Shown: piece by piece, positions 51,043 to 64,000 of the stretch
How the letters are laid out: each line of letters opens with the position of its first letter
How positions within the stretch are numbered: the stretch's first letter is position 1
NCBI GenBank assembly: GCA_951406725.2
Contig: OX597823.1
Coordinates: 74,028,001 to 74,092,000, forward strand
Origin: Octopus vulgaris
Taxonomy: Eukaryota
DNA length: 64,000 bases
Direction: 5' to 3'
Notes under the pieces: generated by a model
The model's database searches: none
The model's input: only the letters and a program-made list of their open reading frames with translations
Told to the model about the DNA's origin: nothing
Program-made: the position numbers and the translations under genes

Positions 51043-52859
51043 TACATCAATTTTATGTCAGTGTAAAGTAATAAAAATGGAAAACTGAGATTTCAATTTT
51101 TACAAGGAACAAAATAAATGTTATAAGAATTATTGATTTTTCCATCTCTATCTTCATCTTCTCTATTTTTCTGACCTCAGCCATTCTGCTATCTTCATTT
51201 CACCTCCTTTCACTAGACTTTCCTTGTCATTCTTTCCTGTTCTTTTTGAAATGCCCTTGAGAAAAGCACAAATGTCACATGGTCTTGTCCCCCACATGTA
51301 AATATGTGACCTTGCGTGTTTTATATAACAAACCGGCATTTCTTATAAAATATACAATGTCTGTATTTCTTTTCAAAGAAATAAGTATTTATTTAGTTAG
51401 TTATTTATTCAGTTATTTTGCTTGGCAACAGAATAAATTTGAGATTAGATATTGCATAAGATACTATAAATCTCTGAACATTGAAACTTTGAGATAAAAG
51501 TTCTTAGTTCAAACAAGGCTAGCTAGGAATATGACATCTGAAGGCAATTGATGATCGGACTATTTAGAAAGGTATTTTAAAACAAGCAAAGAAACACATT
51601 CACATATAAAATCACTACAAACACATACAAACATGCCCAAACACACAAAAATGATACATAGACAATACATTCCTGTGCATACATACTAAAATCACTCAGA
51701 TATGCACACTCTAAAACCTTCGTAAAATTATATTAACACTTCAGAAAATTGAAATTCATGTAGCAAATAATAGCTATTCTCAAATACTGTTGATAATTTT
51801 AAATTTTCTAATCTATAAACTATTTTAATGTTTATTTTCCTGCATCTTTGTGTGTATATTTGCTTGTGCGCATATCGATATTAACTGTTAAATTTTTTAT
51901 TTCACAGTCATGGTTTTAAGGGGAATGCGCCTGAGCGGCGCTTCGGGAAAAATCTCTTCTATCATAGCGTCAAGTCGCTTAAAGCCTTGAATGAAAAGAA
52001 AGAAACTGAATAGAAAAGAAACACGTTAGACAAATACTAATAGGATGACTCACAGGAAGTATAACAATGTTTTAGCACAATTTTTCACATCAAGATCTTT
52101 GTAAAATAAATACACAAAAGATCCCACATGAACGTATATATGTGTGTGCGTATGTGTGTGTTCGGTTATCCACATGTGCGGGCTGAACAAAACTGTGCAT
52201 CGGAAAATATGTAGTAATATTTCAACATCCTTTGTGGGCAAACATTTTGGTATAGGATTGATAAACTGAAAACGGATAAGCTTCGTTGTTTTTATCGTCC
52301 AATATTTATACATCATATAACATATAAAAATATTTAGCATATATTTCGTCTGCTGCTAATGTATTTCTGTTTTTTTAACACTATACGTCTATGAGAGATG
52401 CTTTCTCGAAACCAATATTTCAGTTTAGAAGGCTTTAAGCACTATATATGCTTTAAGAATGATATACAGACCTCTAATATGAACTGGTACTGTTTCCGTT
52501 GCTCACAAGGAATATATTATAAATTTTAACTAAATTACACTTCTGAAATTAATCATCTCATTAACCTCTCTGTTACTCAACCGACTGATTCTCTCGATTG
52601 ATTCGCCATACTGGGATGCTTACTACTCCTCCTTTACATTAATTACGCTAAATATTTTCTATATGATATTCTATTTATCCATTAACGATTTTATCTAATA
52701 ATGTCTAAATTTTGTAATTTTATTTCGGCTTTGAGCCTCAATTCATTCGAAATAATCATTTGCACGTAGGCAACTATAGTTATCTATGATTTATCACCCT
52801 TGTCTCATTCATTATCAATTATTGCTGACTTAATGTTTAATTTACGTTCTAGCTCTCTG

Positions 52860-53435
52860 TGGCCTGGCGTGATTTTATTTTTTGAGCTATCTTAATTCTC
52901 ATAAATTATGTTGGAGTTTACTCCGGTCTTCTTCCTTGATAATTTTCTTAAGTTTGGAGTCGCCTGCGAATATTCTTACTTTGCTGTGCTTGATGGCGCT
53001 TGAAATGTCGTTTATATCTTTATATATAAAAGTGAGGTTGTGTGCTGTCTGTCTCCTACGATTTAGATTCCTAACTACTCCCACATTTTGCGGTGCAGTT
53101 TAACCAAAACCGGGTATCTTATAGTCGTGATTCATATCGAGCCCTTCTGGGTATTAGCGCGCGTCTACGATGAGTCTACGATTTAAAAAAAAAATTACCA
53201 TCAATTTTTCCCATTTTTAATGCATTTTTGGCATATATAAGGGAAGTAACTCTCTAAAACTTTATTATTAAATCTCAGAACGTAAAAAGCTACAGTAACA
53301 CCCCCCCTTTGTGGTTAGCCATATTGAGATGGCTATTATACTTTACATCTCTAAAAATGCTTATATAGTTATTTCCCTTACAAACCCGAGCAACGCCGGG
53401 CGATACTGCTAGTTGACTATAAAGAGAATTGTTGT
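52860..53435 (-). pseudogene. CR1-like RT fragment interrupted by a Helitron
   Basis: Removing 53017-53412 restores LFIVN|INDISSAIKHSKVRIFAGDSKL (LFxxYINDL...FADD motif). Confidence 0.75.
53017..53412 (+). mobile_element. Non-autonomous Helitron
   Basis: A|TC 5' end, CCCGAGCAACGCCGGG hairpin, CTAG|T 3' end, no TSD. Confidence 0.9.
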
Positions 53436-56217
53436 AACAACACTGTTAATTATTTTAAAGTAGCAAAATTCAACCCCGTTGTAAATTTATCCATTTCGAT
53501 ATTGTAGAGTACTACAGAGCCATTTGTCGAAGTTCTAGAATTCAGGAAAATATATACAACTTTTACCGACACTGGTATTAATGTAATGATAGATGTGAGG
53601 AAATCATTAGGATTTCATGATAATTCATTCTAGCTCAAAAAGCCAGAAGTGAGATTTTTCGATGAAGTTGTGAGAAGCTACGATGACGCGGAAATTACAG
53701 AGGGAAATAATTATACATACATAAATACATACATATATACATACATATGTGTATGAATGTATGAATTTGGATTTGTACTACTTACATTGAAAAATAGAAT
53801 CAAATTTCATCAATATAGTATCATATAGCGATGATGAACACGCTTTAGACGTCAGTATAACCTGATATAAACTTTCAAACATTAATACATACAGTTTAGC
53901 ATAAAAATCATAATAAGTACTAAATAAATTTCTAAGATATAATACTGAATCGGTAAACGGATAAACGTACATCATATGGGGAAAGAAAATACTGAAGCTA
54001 CAAACATTTATGAAGGTTCTAACAATTCACCCACAATTATTAGACACGTCACAGAAAATATTAATATATGAGTTTCAATCTCAGCAGATTAGGAAATATT
54101 TAATAAAGCTACTCCACGTACAACGGAGCGACAAAAAGAAGTGGTTTGAATGGTAAGCTAAATTATATAGAGCAATCACCAAAAAAAAAACAACAAAAAA
54201 ACAAAACAAAACATGAAACAGTGAAATAGGAAAATAATATAGTATAATCCTCCATGGATTGTAAATGTGTCTACGAATATAACAAGCAGTCTCCTAATTT
54301 CGATATTTTCACAATTGTCAGTGTTACATACGTCACAAAACAAAAAAAAAGTAATTCTGTTGAGGTCGGCTTTAGTTGTATAAGTGGTACAAATTTATGA
54401 CTATAATAAAATCCTGAAAACTACTACACAATTACCACACTCTGAATGTAGTTGTAGAAATATAGTTAATTGTTTTCTCAGCTATAAATGTCCATTCAAG
54501 GAGCTAGTATATTGAGTCAATTTAGAAGCTAAAGATGACGGGAAAAAATGTATTTTGGTTACGAAAATCTTATTCAAACTGAATATGTACAACACATCAT
54601 TTAAATTAGATATAAAACAAAGGACAACTTAATTTAATTTTCAAAATCCCTTTGATATCTGAAAAACAAGAAGACAGGAGAGTGTACGTGTAGAATGGTA
54701 TTAGCTGCAAAAACAAAAGTATATATTGGCTATGGACATAATTGCTACATCTGCACTCTAATATTTTATGCATATTCTTGCTCCATTTCCACTCTACTCC
54801 AATTACTAACAGGTTTAGTACCTAAATTCCGAGACCGCTACTGTCATATTCGTCAAACCGAGCATGCTGCACAAGAAATGATATTGCGTTGTAACTGAGT
54901 CAAAGCACACAATTCGTCCTTACTTACCATACGTCAGCTGTATATGGAGTATTCACACCATTTTACCATGTAGATGAGTTACATGCAGATCATGAAGATG
55001 TGCTCCTCATTTCTTACGAAAGCGAGAATGTAAGTGCAGTTCCTTACACTCAGGTATTTTTCTAATGAGCTATTTATATACTTAATCTTCAAACTTTTAA
55101 GCCCGTAATATAGTATTCGATAAAGGGATTACAACTACACGTTGAAGAAAGCAACTCTTTAACGCAACTTAAGCGGTTCATTATTCTGTATAAGCAGAAC
55201 ATTGTCATTATTTGTTATTGGAATTTCAATTTTCTGAAGCGTTAATATAATTTTACGAGGGTTTTTGAGAGTGCGTATCTGTGAGATTTTAGTACGTAAG
55301 CACAGGTGTATATTATCTATGTATACATTTTTGTGTATTTGGATATGTTTGCGTGTTTGTGGGGTTATTATGTGTGAATGTGTTTCCTTGTTTGGTATAA
55401 AATGCCTTTCTAATAGTCCATTCGTAGTATAAATGTATTGTACCAATTTATTGAGATCAGTTATACGCAGATGGTGTAGCGAAGAGTCTCATTTTCTTAA
55501 AATTCCATTAGGTAAGTTGCATCAAACGTTGACGAAAACTCATACCTAAATCAACATGTAACAAATTAACGGTCGGGTTTGATTTTTAGACTAAAAATTA
55601 AATGTAACAGAACGGTGAGGAGAAGAATTTGATTATTCGAACTAATCATTTTATATGTGCGAGTCATGAAATGAAAAACTTATCACTGAAACATAGTTTA
55701 CAACATATGTTCCAAAGGAGAGATCTGTGTTTTTATGGTAAAGTTTTTTTCTTCTAGAATAAACCATTTTATCTTGAACGTGACTAATTTAGATTCTGAA
55801 ACAAACAAAATTATTTGGATAATTTTTTTTAGATGTTTAAAAGCATGAATATGCTAGTAAGGTGCGTCTTGCAATAATTTTCAGTTAATCAGAGATTTAT
55901 ACACAACCTACAGTGTTATTACACTTTAGTATAATAAATGAATTCTGGATTGGAGTATTAGAATTCCAAGTAGAGAAAGTGTCAGTTTTATTGACGTTCG
56001 AAAGGGTTTTGATTTGAAATGGTTAACTGAGTTAGCCATATTTTTACAGCAAGAACAGTTAACTTTAAAGTAGTGTATTTTCTAGGGGCCATATATCTAT
56101 GGTTCCTTGTGGAAATGAAAACATTAAATTTAGGAGACCTTTGGGAATATTTGTTCTCGAATTTAAGCTGAAAGTTGGGTTATAGCGCACTATATTCTAA
56201 GTCTATGCTTACATTCT

Positions 56218-56444
56218 TATTTCTTTATTGTCCACAAGGAGCTAAACATAGAGGGGACAAACAAGGACAGACAAAGGGATAAAGTCGATTACATCGACCC
56301 CGGGGCGTAACTGATACTTAATTTATCGACTCCGAAAGGATGAAAGGCAAAGGCGATCTCGGCGGAATTTGAACTCAGAATGTAACGGCAGACGAAATAC
56401 TGCTAAGCATTTCGCCCGCCGTCGTTAACGTTTCTGCCAGCTCG
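56218..56444 (-). mobile_element. SINE family B with 16-bp TSD
   Basis: TCTAT(G/T)CTTACATTCT at 56202-56217 and 56445-56460. Confidence 0.92.
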
Positions 56445-56574
56445 TCTATTCTTACATTCTGTGATGCTCGAGTGGGTAATATATTGAATCTTATCGAAGA
56501 AACCACTAATGAGAAAGGCCTCATTACAGCATTGAAAAACTTCAAGGATGAAGGAATACGTTTATTAATATTGA

Positions 56575-56915
56575 TTTCAAATTTTGGCTCAAGTCCAGCA
56601 ATTTCGAGGGGAGGGGGTTAAGTTGGTTACATTGATCTTATTGCTTAACTGGTACTTACTTTATCGACTTCTTAAGGACGAAAAGCAAAGTCAACCTCTG
56701 TGGAATAAGAACTGAGAACCAAAACATTTCGCTCGGCATGTTAATGATTCAATCAGCTCACCCTTTTACTTTAATCCGTTTATTTATATACATTTTTGCT
56801 TTAGGAACAAGGCCTGAAATTTTGGGAGAAGGGTTTAGTTGATTACATCGACCCCAGTGTGTAACTGGTACTTATTCTAGCAACCCCCGAAAGGATGAAA
56901 GGTAAAGTCGACCTT
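56575..56915 (-). mobile_element. Two older family-B SINE fragments
   Basis: GATTACATCGACCCCAG...GAAAGGATGAAAGG.AAAGTCGACC blocks. Confidence 0.75.
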
Positions 56916-57485
56916 AATGTGTCTATTAGTATTAAGGATTAAATACTGTAGAATATTGCTCAGGTGATTCGAATTTTATTGGGCTTTTCATTGAGGGCAA
57001 CACTTATTTGTAATGAAGCTTAAAGTAATATTTAGAAAATTAACTACATTAAAATTAGTACCAGCTTTAATTCTTAACCCTATTTCCATAAATATTTTTT
57101 TGGGAATTTTCCTAAATCTATCAAATTCATGACCATTCTTGTGTGCGACTAAAAGCTTGTCATATCCCTAAAGACATCCTCTCATTATACATTTTTTTAT
57201 GCGAAAGGTTTTAATAATAAATTCCACTAATTTCGCAGACTTCAGTCCTATCACATGCAGACATCAAACAATTTGTTTTTATGACTGTTTTTATGACCTA
57301 GGATGAATTAAAAAAGCAAAAAGAAAAACATGAATTTTCCTGCGTGCATAATTATTTTGATATCATATTCATTGATTAGTATGATGCGAAAGCAAACAAC
57401 ATTAGGAAATGTTGTTATTGAAGGTAAAATTTTGTAGGACCAAATTGGGTAATGAAGCTTGTCGCTAATACTGGTAGACCCTTTT

Positions 57486-57775
57486 GTGAAGGTGTGTGGT
57501 TAGGGTATTCGGCTCACAATTTGAAGGTAGTGAGTTTGATACCTCGTAGCACGTAGTGTGCCCGAGCAAGACACTTTATTTCACGTTGTTCCAGTCCAAT
57601 CAGCTAGAAAAAATAAGTTGTATCTGAAATTCAAAGGGCCAGCCTTGTCATTCTCCGTGTCATGCTGAATCTCCCTGAGAACTACGTTAAGGACACGAGT
57701 ATCTCTGGAGTGTTCAGCTACTTGCACATTAATTCCAGGAATCCTTTGATTAGATCAACTGGAACCCTCAGCAGT
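57486..57775 (+). mobile_element. SINE family C, old copy
   Basis: Head, core and tail match the nested element at 11210-11530. Confidence 0.8.
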
Positions 57776-58474
57776 GGGAGTCACGTTATATTTTTTTTTT
57801 TAATTAAAAGTGTAAGTGAATGTAGGACATACATATTATTTCCATTATTAGCTTGTGTTTAAGATTACTAGAAAAATTAGATTTATGATCATTAATAATG
57901 TTTTGTCAATAATAAGTTCTGTGTGAGGTTCTAAATATTCTGCCCTGTTTTAAGGTTAATGGTTATATCTATATATGCTTTAGGGTTGATGGATCTATCT
58001 ATATAGGCCATCCCTCTCCACGCCCAATGCTTATTACTTATGTTCGTTTTAGCGTTATTTTCTGCGTTTTTATTAACGGAAATATTGTTGCTTTATCGGT
58101 AAATATTCCCAATACTCAAGAGATTTAGATTTTCCCTCATCCTCCGAAAGAATAATTTGGCTCCTGCTAGTATCTGCAAATATCTCTTCAGTAGCCATAT
58201 TGAAATGAAATTCTGATTTAAAGTCAGAAATATTAAAAAAAAACAAAAAAAAACTGAAATTTATTCCTTAAATGTATGCAAAAATTAAATTTAAAATATA
58301 TAAATAAATAAAATAAACTGCTCTATCTTGCACGAAAAAATTAGTAAACAAGCCAAATCGGGAACTGCTTCAGGGCATGTCATGCTGAGGTAAGACGAAT
58401 TTTAACTTATGCACGAGATCATAAACAAGAGACGATTACATCAATCCCAGTATTTGACTGGTACTATTTTATCA

Positions 58475-59074
58475 AAGGCGGTGAGCTGGCAGAAACATTA
58501 GCACGCTGGGCGAAATGCTTTGTGGTATTTCGTCTGCCGCTACGTTCTGAGTTCAAATTCCGCCCAGGTCGACTTTGCATTTCATCCTTTCGGGGTCGAT
58601 TAAATAAGTACCAGTTATGCACTGGGGTCGATGTAATCGACTTGATCCGTTTGTCTGTCCGTGTTTGTCCCCTCTGTGTGTAGCCCCTTGTGGGCAGTAA
58701 AGAAATAGGTATTTCGTCTGCCGCTACGTTCTGAGTTCAAATTCCGCCGAGGTCGACTTTGCCTTTCATCCTTTCGGAGTCGATTAAATAAGTACCAGTT
58801 ACGCACTGGGGTCGATGTAATCAACTTGATCCGTTTGTCTGTCCTTGTTTGTCCCCTCTGTGTATAGCCCCTGTGGGTAGTAAAGAAATAGGTATTTCGT
58901 CTGCCGCTACGTTCTGAGTTCAAATTCCGCCGAGGTCGACTTTGCCTTTCATCCTTTCGGGGTCGATTAAATAAGCACCAGTTACGCACTGGGGTCGATA
59001 TAATCGACTTAATCCGTTTGTCTGTCCTTGTTTGTTCCATCTGTGTGTAGCCCTTTGTGGGCAGTAAAGAAATA
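58475..59074 (+). mobile_element. Trimeric family-B SINE (one head plus three bodies of about 184 bp) with 15-bp TSD
   Basis: Bodies start at about 58524, 58708 and 58891; TSD GGTACTATTTTATCA at 58460-58474 and 59075-59089. Confidence 0.93.
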
Positions 59075-59629
59075 GGTACTATTTTATCAGCTATAATCTA
59101 CAGAACTAGGAAAAGCAGAATTTATCTCGGCGAGATTGCATTTAAAACGTAAAGGGACATAACCAAACATCGCAATGCGTTTTGTTTTTTCTTTATCTAT
59201 CTCCATTCCGTCGATTCCTTCAGACATTTGGATAAAACTGTGAATATTTTTTCTGAAATAGGATATCACACGTCCTTTGTGGCCCGCAAATGAAAGAAAG
59301 TGGTTTTGTTGCCTCGGTGCGCCTTTGTCACTCAGGTCCGTCGAAGGATATTCAGGCGTGAATGAAACAATTATGAAATGGAAGAACGAAGGAAGTAAAA
59401 TGAAAAAGAACAATAATAGCATCGACAACATTAATTACTTTCACTTAATTATTCTTTCTCATTTAACTTCTTTCGTTTTTCCATTTTCTTTTATTCCTAT
59501 CTGGTTCTTTCATCCCTTTCGGGATCGATGGAAGAAGTACCAGCTGAACACTACGGTCACTGTAATCGACTTAGCCTTCCTACGAAATTGCTGGCCTTGG
59601 GCCAAAATTTGGAAATATGATTAATCGCC

Positions 59630-60025
59630 ACCATAATCATCATCGTCATCATCATCAGCGTCGTAGTCGTCACTTTGATGGCCAATATGGAGAGAGTGAT
59701 AATGATGATGATGATGATGATGAGGAGGAGGACGGTAATAATAGGGATTATGAAGGTGGTGTGGTGATGATGACACCGGCAGCTATGTGCAGTTGTTACT
59801 GCTGGGGAAGGTCTTTTCGTTTTCAATCACGTCCCATCTCGTCAATTTACCACTTTATTTATTACCACTACTCACGTGACACTATCACAACCTGCATCAA
59901 CTCCACGACAACAACGACGATGACGACGACGACGACGACGACGACCACCACCACCACCACCACCACCACCGCCTCCGCTGCCGCCACCATCAGCATCACC
60001 ATTACCACCATAACCATTCCCAACG

Positions 60026-60070
<45 letters not shown>

Positions 60071-60077
60071 CACCACC

Positions 60078-60120
<43 letters not shown>

Positions 60121-60150
60121 TTACTACTACTACTACCACCACCACCACTA

Positions 60151-60199
<49 letters not shown>

Positions 60200-60305
60200 A
60201 ACTACCACCACCACCACCATCACTACATTTAGCTCCTCGCTTTTCTTATTCTTCCTATCTTCCTTGTTTTTCTTTCCATTCTTCTTCTTTTTCTTCTTCT
60301 TCTTC
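59630..60305. repeat. Compound trinucleotide repeats (CAT/GAT/GAC/CAC/CTA/CTT)
   Basis: Direct reading; explains ORFs 59617-60435 and 60002-60307. Confidence 0.92.
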
Positions 60306-60768
60306 ACCCCTTCCTCTTTTCTGTCTTCTACATCCCTATGTAAATTCTCTTCTTCTCACCCCCACCTCACCTTTCTCAACCACTATCACACCGTTCTCCC
60401 ATCAACTTCTTTACCCAACTGTTCCTAAGATATAATTGCCAATATTGAAATCTCTCTTCACGAAACTGAGCACGTGATTCTACTCCAGAACATTCGGGAA
60501 TCTCTTAATGCTTCGGTTCGATGCGGAGTATCTATTGATTAGTGCTTAACATTTTCCATGTTGTTGTTGTTGTTGTGATTAATGTTGATACATCTTTACA
60601 CACACACACACACACACACATACATACAAGTGCACACTTACACACGCACACACACACAGATACACACACACATTTACGTTCCTACATTTCAGCACGTGTA
60701 TGTCCATATAAATTTATGTATGTAAATATGTGTGTGTATGTATGTATGTATATATATATATATATATA

Positions 60769-61922
60769 TTAAGGTATGTAGAAAAATACAACATGGACAA
60801 GAACGTATAACTCTTAGAAGACGACACAATAAACACGGACAGGACATTCGAAACCCTCAGTCTTCAGTCAAGAACCGGATCATCGTAGTAATTTCGGCTG
60901 ATTAATCTTGAGATTACTAGATCACGGCCAGCCCTCAAGAAAAACCAAGCAACGAGCATTAGAAAAACTAAGCTGGAAGCGTAGATTTCCTGGAAGAAGG
61001 ATCGAATGCATACGAACACCAGGACAGCAAAAGGGACAGATATAAAAAAACAAAAAACAATAATGGAATACAGAAACATGAAATACAGAAGCATAAACGG
61101 TGAAAACAACAGTGTCTTACGACTGATAACAAGCAAACAAATTTTTTCTCTGGCGCAATGGAAAAAGCCTTTATAGTGGCGGACGAAAACAGCGATGTTA
61201 ACAGAACGAGGGTCAGAGGCTGAAAGGCAGATTTCGGCCAACAGTCACGTGACAGAGAAGAGGGAAAAGAAAAGAAAGAGAAGCAAAGGAAGAGAGAGAG
61301 AGAGAGGAGGGACAAACGCAACAAAGAGAGAGAAGAGAGAGAAAGAAGGAATCAGAGAGGAGAAGGGATGGGTGTCGAAGAATGACCTGTGAGTGCAGAG
61401 CGAGACAAAGAAATAGGAGGGTAGTGGAAGACTAGACCAAAGAATCAGAGGAAAGAGAAGAGAAAAAAGAGGATGAGTAGAGAGAAAAGAGAGAGAGGGG
61501 GATAGATCAAGTAAAAATGAGAGAGAGAGAGAGACAAACAGAGAGTCGTACCAATTATTAAGAATATGTGCTCACATAAATGTTAAGGGGGGTACGGGGC
61601 GCCTGGAATATATGTTAAGGTATGTAGAAAAATACAACATGGACAAGAACGTATAACTCTTAGAAGACGACACAATAAACACGGACAGGACATTCGAAAC
61701 CCTCAGTCTTCAGTCAAGAACCGGATCATCGTAGTAATTTCGGCTGATTAATCTTGAGATTACTAGATCACGGCCAGCCCTCCAAGAAAAACCAAGCAAC
61801 GAGCATTAGAAAAACTAAGCTGGAAGCGTAGATTTCCTGGAAGAAGGATCGAATGCATACGAACACCAGGACAGCAAAAGGGACAGATATAAAAAAAAAA
61901 CAAAAAACAATAATGGAATACA

Positions 61923-61925
<3 letters not shown>
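60769..61925. mobile_element. Non-coding partial-tandem element (846-bp period, about 310-bp direct terminal repeats) in (TA)n; PLE pLTR/retrozyme-like
   Basis: 60769-61075 is nearly identical to 61615-61925; GA-rich interior; (TA)n on both sides; no TG..CA ends or ORF. Confidence 0.75.
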
Positions 61926-61975
<50 letters not shown>

Positions 61976-62079
61976 GCAAATATATATATATATATATATG
62001 TATCAATTTATTGTGCAAATATATATATATATATACATATGTATATATGTATGTATATATATACATATATACATACATA

Positions 62080-62121
<42 letters not shown>

Positions 62122-62217
62122 AATATATACATATATGCGCATATAATATATATATATGTAAATATATACATATATGCGCATATATATATACATATATATG
62201 TAAATACATACATATAT

Positions 62218-62263
<46 letters not shown>

Positions 62264-62325
62264 GGTACATATATATGCATATATATAAATATAATACATA
62301 TATATAATACACACACACACATATA
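61926..62325. repeat. (TA)n-derived tract with higher-order units of about 40 bp
   Basis: GTAAATA(T/C)ATACATATATGCGCATATA repeated three times at 62118-62225. Confidence 0.9.
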
Positions 62326-63203
62326 TTAATAGGTGTATACAAACAGGTTTATATATCTATATGAGTGTGTGTATATATGTATGTATGTTTACTTGCTGTT
62401 AATATCTGTTTCGCGTGTGGTTTATTTAATAGGAGAGGTGGTGACGGTAGGGAGGCAGTCACGCCTTCTAAAGACCGAAAGTATTAATACCAATAGTTAT
62501 ATCCCTAGGGAGGAACAGGTATGTTTGTTTTAGGTAGACGGATTGGCATTTATGGAGCATTTGTGGCACAGAGGGAGTGTGATGCGAGTGCTGATAGATG
62601 TTCGCGTATATATGTGTGCGCATATTTGGAATACATACATACATACATACATACACATATAAACACATATGCAAATATATGTAAGCGATTGTAATTATAC
62701 GTAAGGTATATATCTGTCAATCTCTCTATATTTACATAATCATGCATACATGCATACATACATAGATATATACAAAAATACAAAGAAACATACGTACGTA
62801 CATACATACATACATACATACATACATACATACATACATACATACATACATACATACATACATACATACATACATACGTATATGCATATATACGTACCTA
62901 CTTACATTTTTATAGAATTTCTTGTTTGTTTCCAAAAACAGCCTTGGAAATAGACAGGAAAAAATCAGACACTGAAGCCTCTTATATTTTATTTGTGTGA
63001 CTAGTTTACAGAATTAATTCTGTTTCGATTCTAATCTGTTCACCAGGCTCCTTTCCCAAACCTAATATATATATTTTTGTGCATTGTTGAGGAAATGCTG
63101 GAAGTAGGGAATGTATATACATGGATAATAACACGAATAGTGGCTTACTGGTAAGGCAGGGTCGTTATGTATTTGGTAAATGAAAGACAGAAATAGGAAT
63201 ATA

Positions 63204-63329
63204 CGAGATTTTATTATTAATTACAGTTGTTTCGACATATCTAGCATCGATCCCTTACTGGTGGGACATTCAGCAACTGGTTCAGGAGCATCCGGTGGTG
63301 CAGATGTGTCTTATCGGGTGATAATCTCG
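63204..63329 (-). ncRNA. Decayed long-stem-II hammerhead-like motif
   Basis: CCGAUAA-GACACAUCU...AGAUAUGUC-GAAA-CAACUG-UA; core differs from CUGAUGA at 2 positions; outer CGAGATT/AATCTCG pairing. Confidence 0.4.
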
Positions 63330-63682
63330 TTAAAATAACGGTTCCGTAATGTATCTTCTTATTTCGTAGAAAAGCAGCAAGACAAATGAAATATGTTCAT
63401 TTACACAGAAAATAAAATAAAAAAAACATTACAGATGCAAAAAAAAGAAACGAATACGCAATACAGAGTGTATGTATGTATGTATGTATGTATGTATGTA
63501 TGTATGTATGTATGTATGTATGTATGTATGTATCCCTCTATCTCTCTATCTATCTATTTATAATTATGTCAGTTTGCGTATGAACAACAGTGCAGTTGGT
63601 TATAGGATCCCAAAATGGAATTTCAATACTTTTCTCGCTGTATTGCACGTTCGTTTCTTCTCAAACACACACACACACATAT

Positions 63683-63734
<52 letters not shown>

Positions 63735-64000
63735 GTATATGTACATACATCTATACGAATATAAATATGCATATGTGGGCACATGACGTCATGAAACGTG
63801 TACAACAAAAAAGTACTAAGCACGAGTACATGGAACATGAACTATTCTTTCGAACAACGAAAGACACAAATGGAAAAAAAAACAAACAACATAAAGAACG
63901 ACCCTTCATCAGTTGTTGGCTGTTTTTCTACAACAGGACAGTGAAAACAAGTAGGAAGGGATGCTAAACCTACAGGAGGTTGTGGTGCGAATGCATAAAT

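Noticed and set aside
59617-60435. 272-aa ORF with poly-D/T/L/P tracts (similarly 32021-32407)
   Set aside because: Compound trinucleotide microsatellites; no domain or splice support
63838-63915. CTGATGA...CGAAA on the minus strand
   Set aside because: Stems I-III do not pair convincingly, and the element may continue beyond the window edge

Overview
Eukaryotic, very AT-rich, microsatellite-dense DNA. The SINE, LINE and Penelope content suggests an octopus (coleoid cephalopod) genome; this is inferred from recalled repeat families, not a database search. Most long ORFs in the supplied track are translations of microsatellites. The only credible host coding piece is a short + strand terminal exon (8987-9100) of a membrane protein. 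It lies in a CpG-depleted block (about 1-16.4 kb) that looks like a methylated gene body with a long 3' UTR. The rest is a mosaic of at least four tRNA-derived SINE families, LINE fossils (RTE, Dong/R4-like, CR1-like), mariner/Tc1 and hAT-like fossils, two non-autonomous Helitrons, a Helentron-type HINE and several Penelope-like (PLE) remnants. The strongest unexpected signal is a set of hammerhead-ribozyme-like motifs (CUGANGA...GAAA with palindromic stem III) in several unrelated small elements, mostly beside (TA)n tracts. They include one near-intact long-stem-II copy, one with a compensatory U3-A8 core pair downstream of a GIY-YIG endonuclease, and two with an extra A after A9. There is also a non-coding partial-tandem, retrozyme-like element with a covarying helix. 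Motif coordinates were counted by hand; boundaries of old repeats are approximate.
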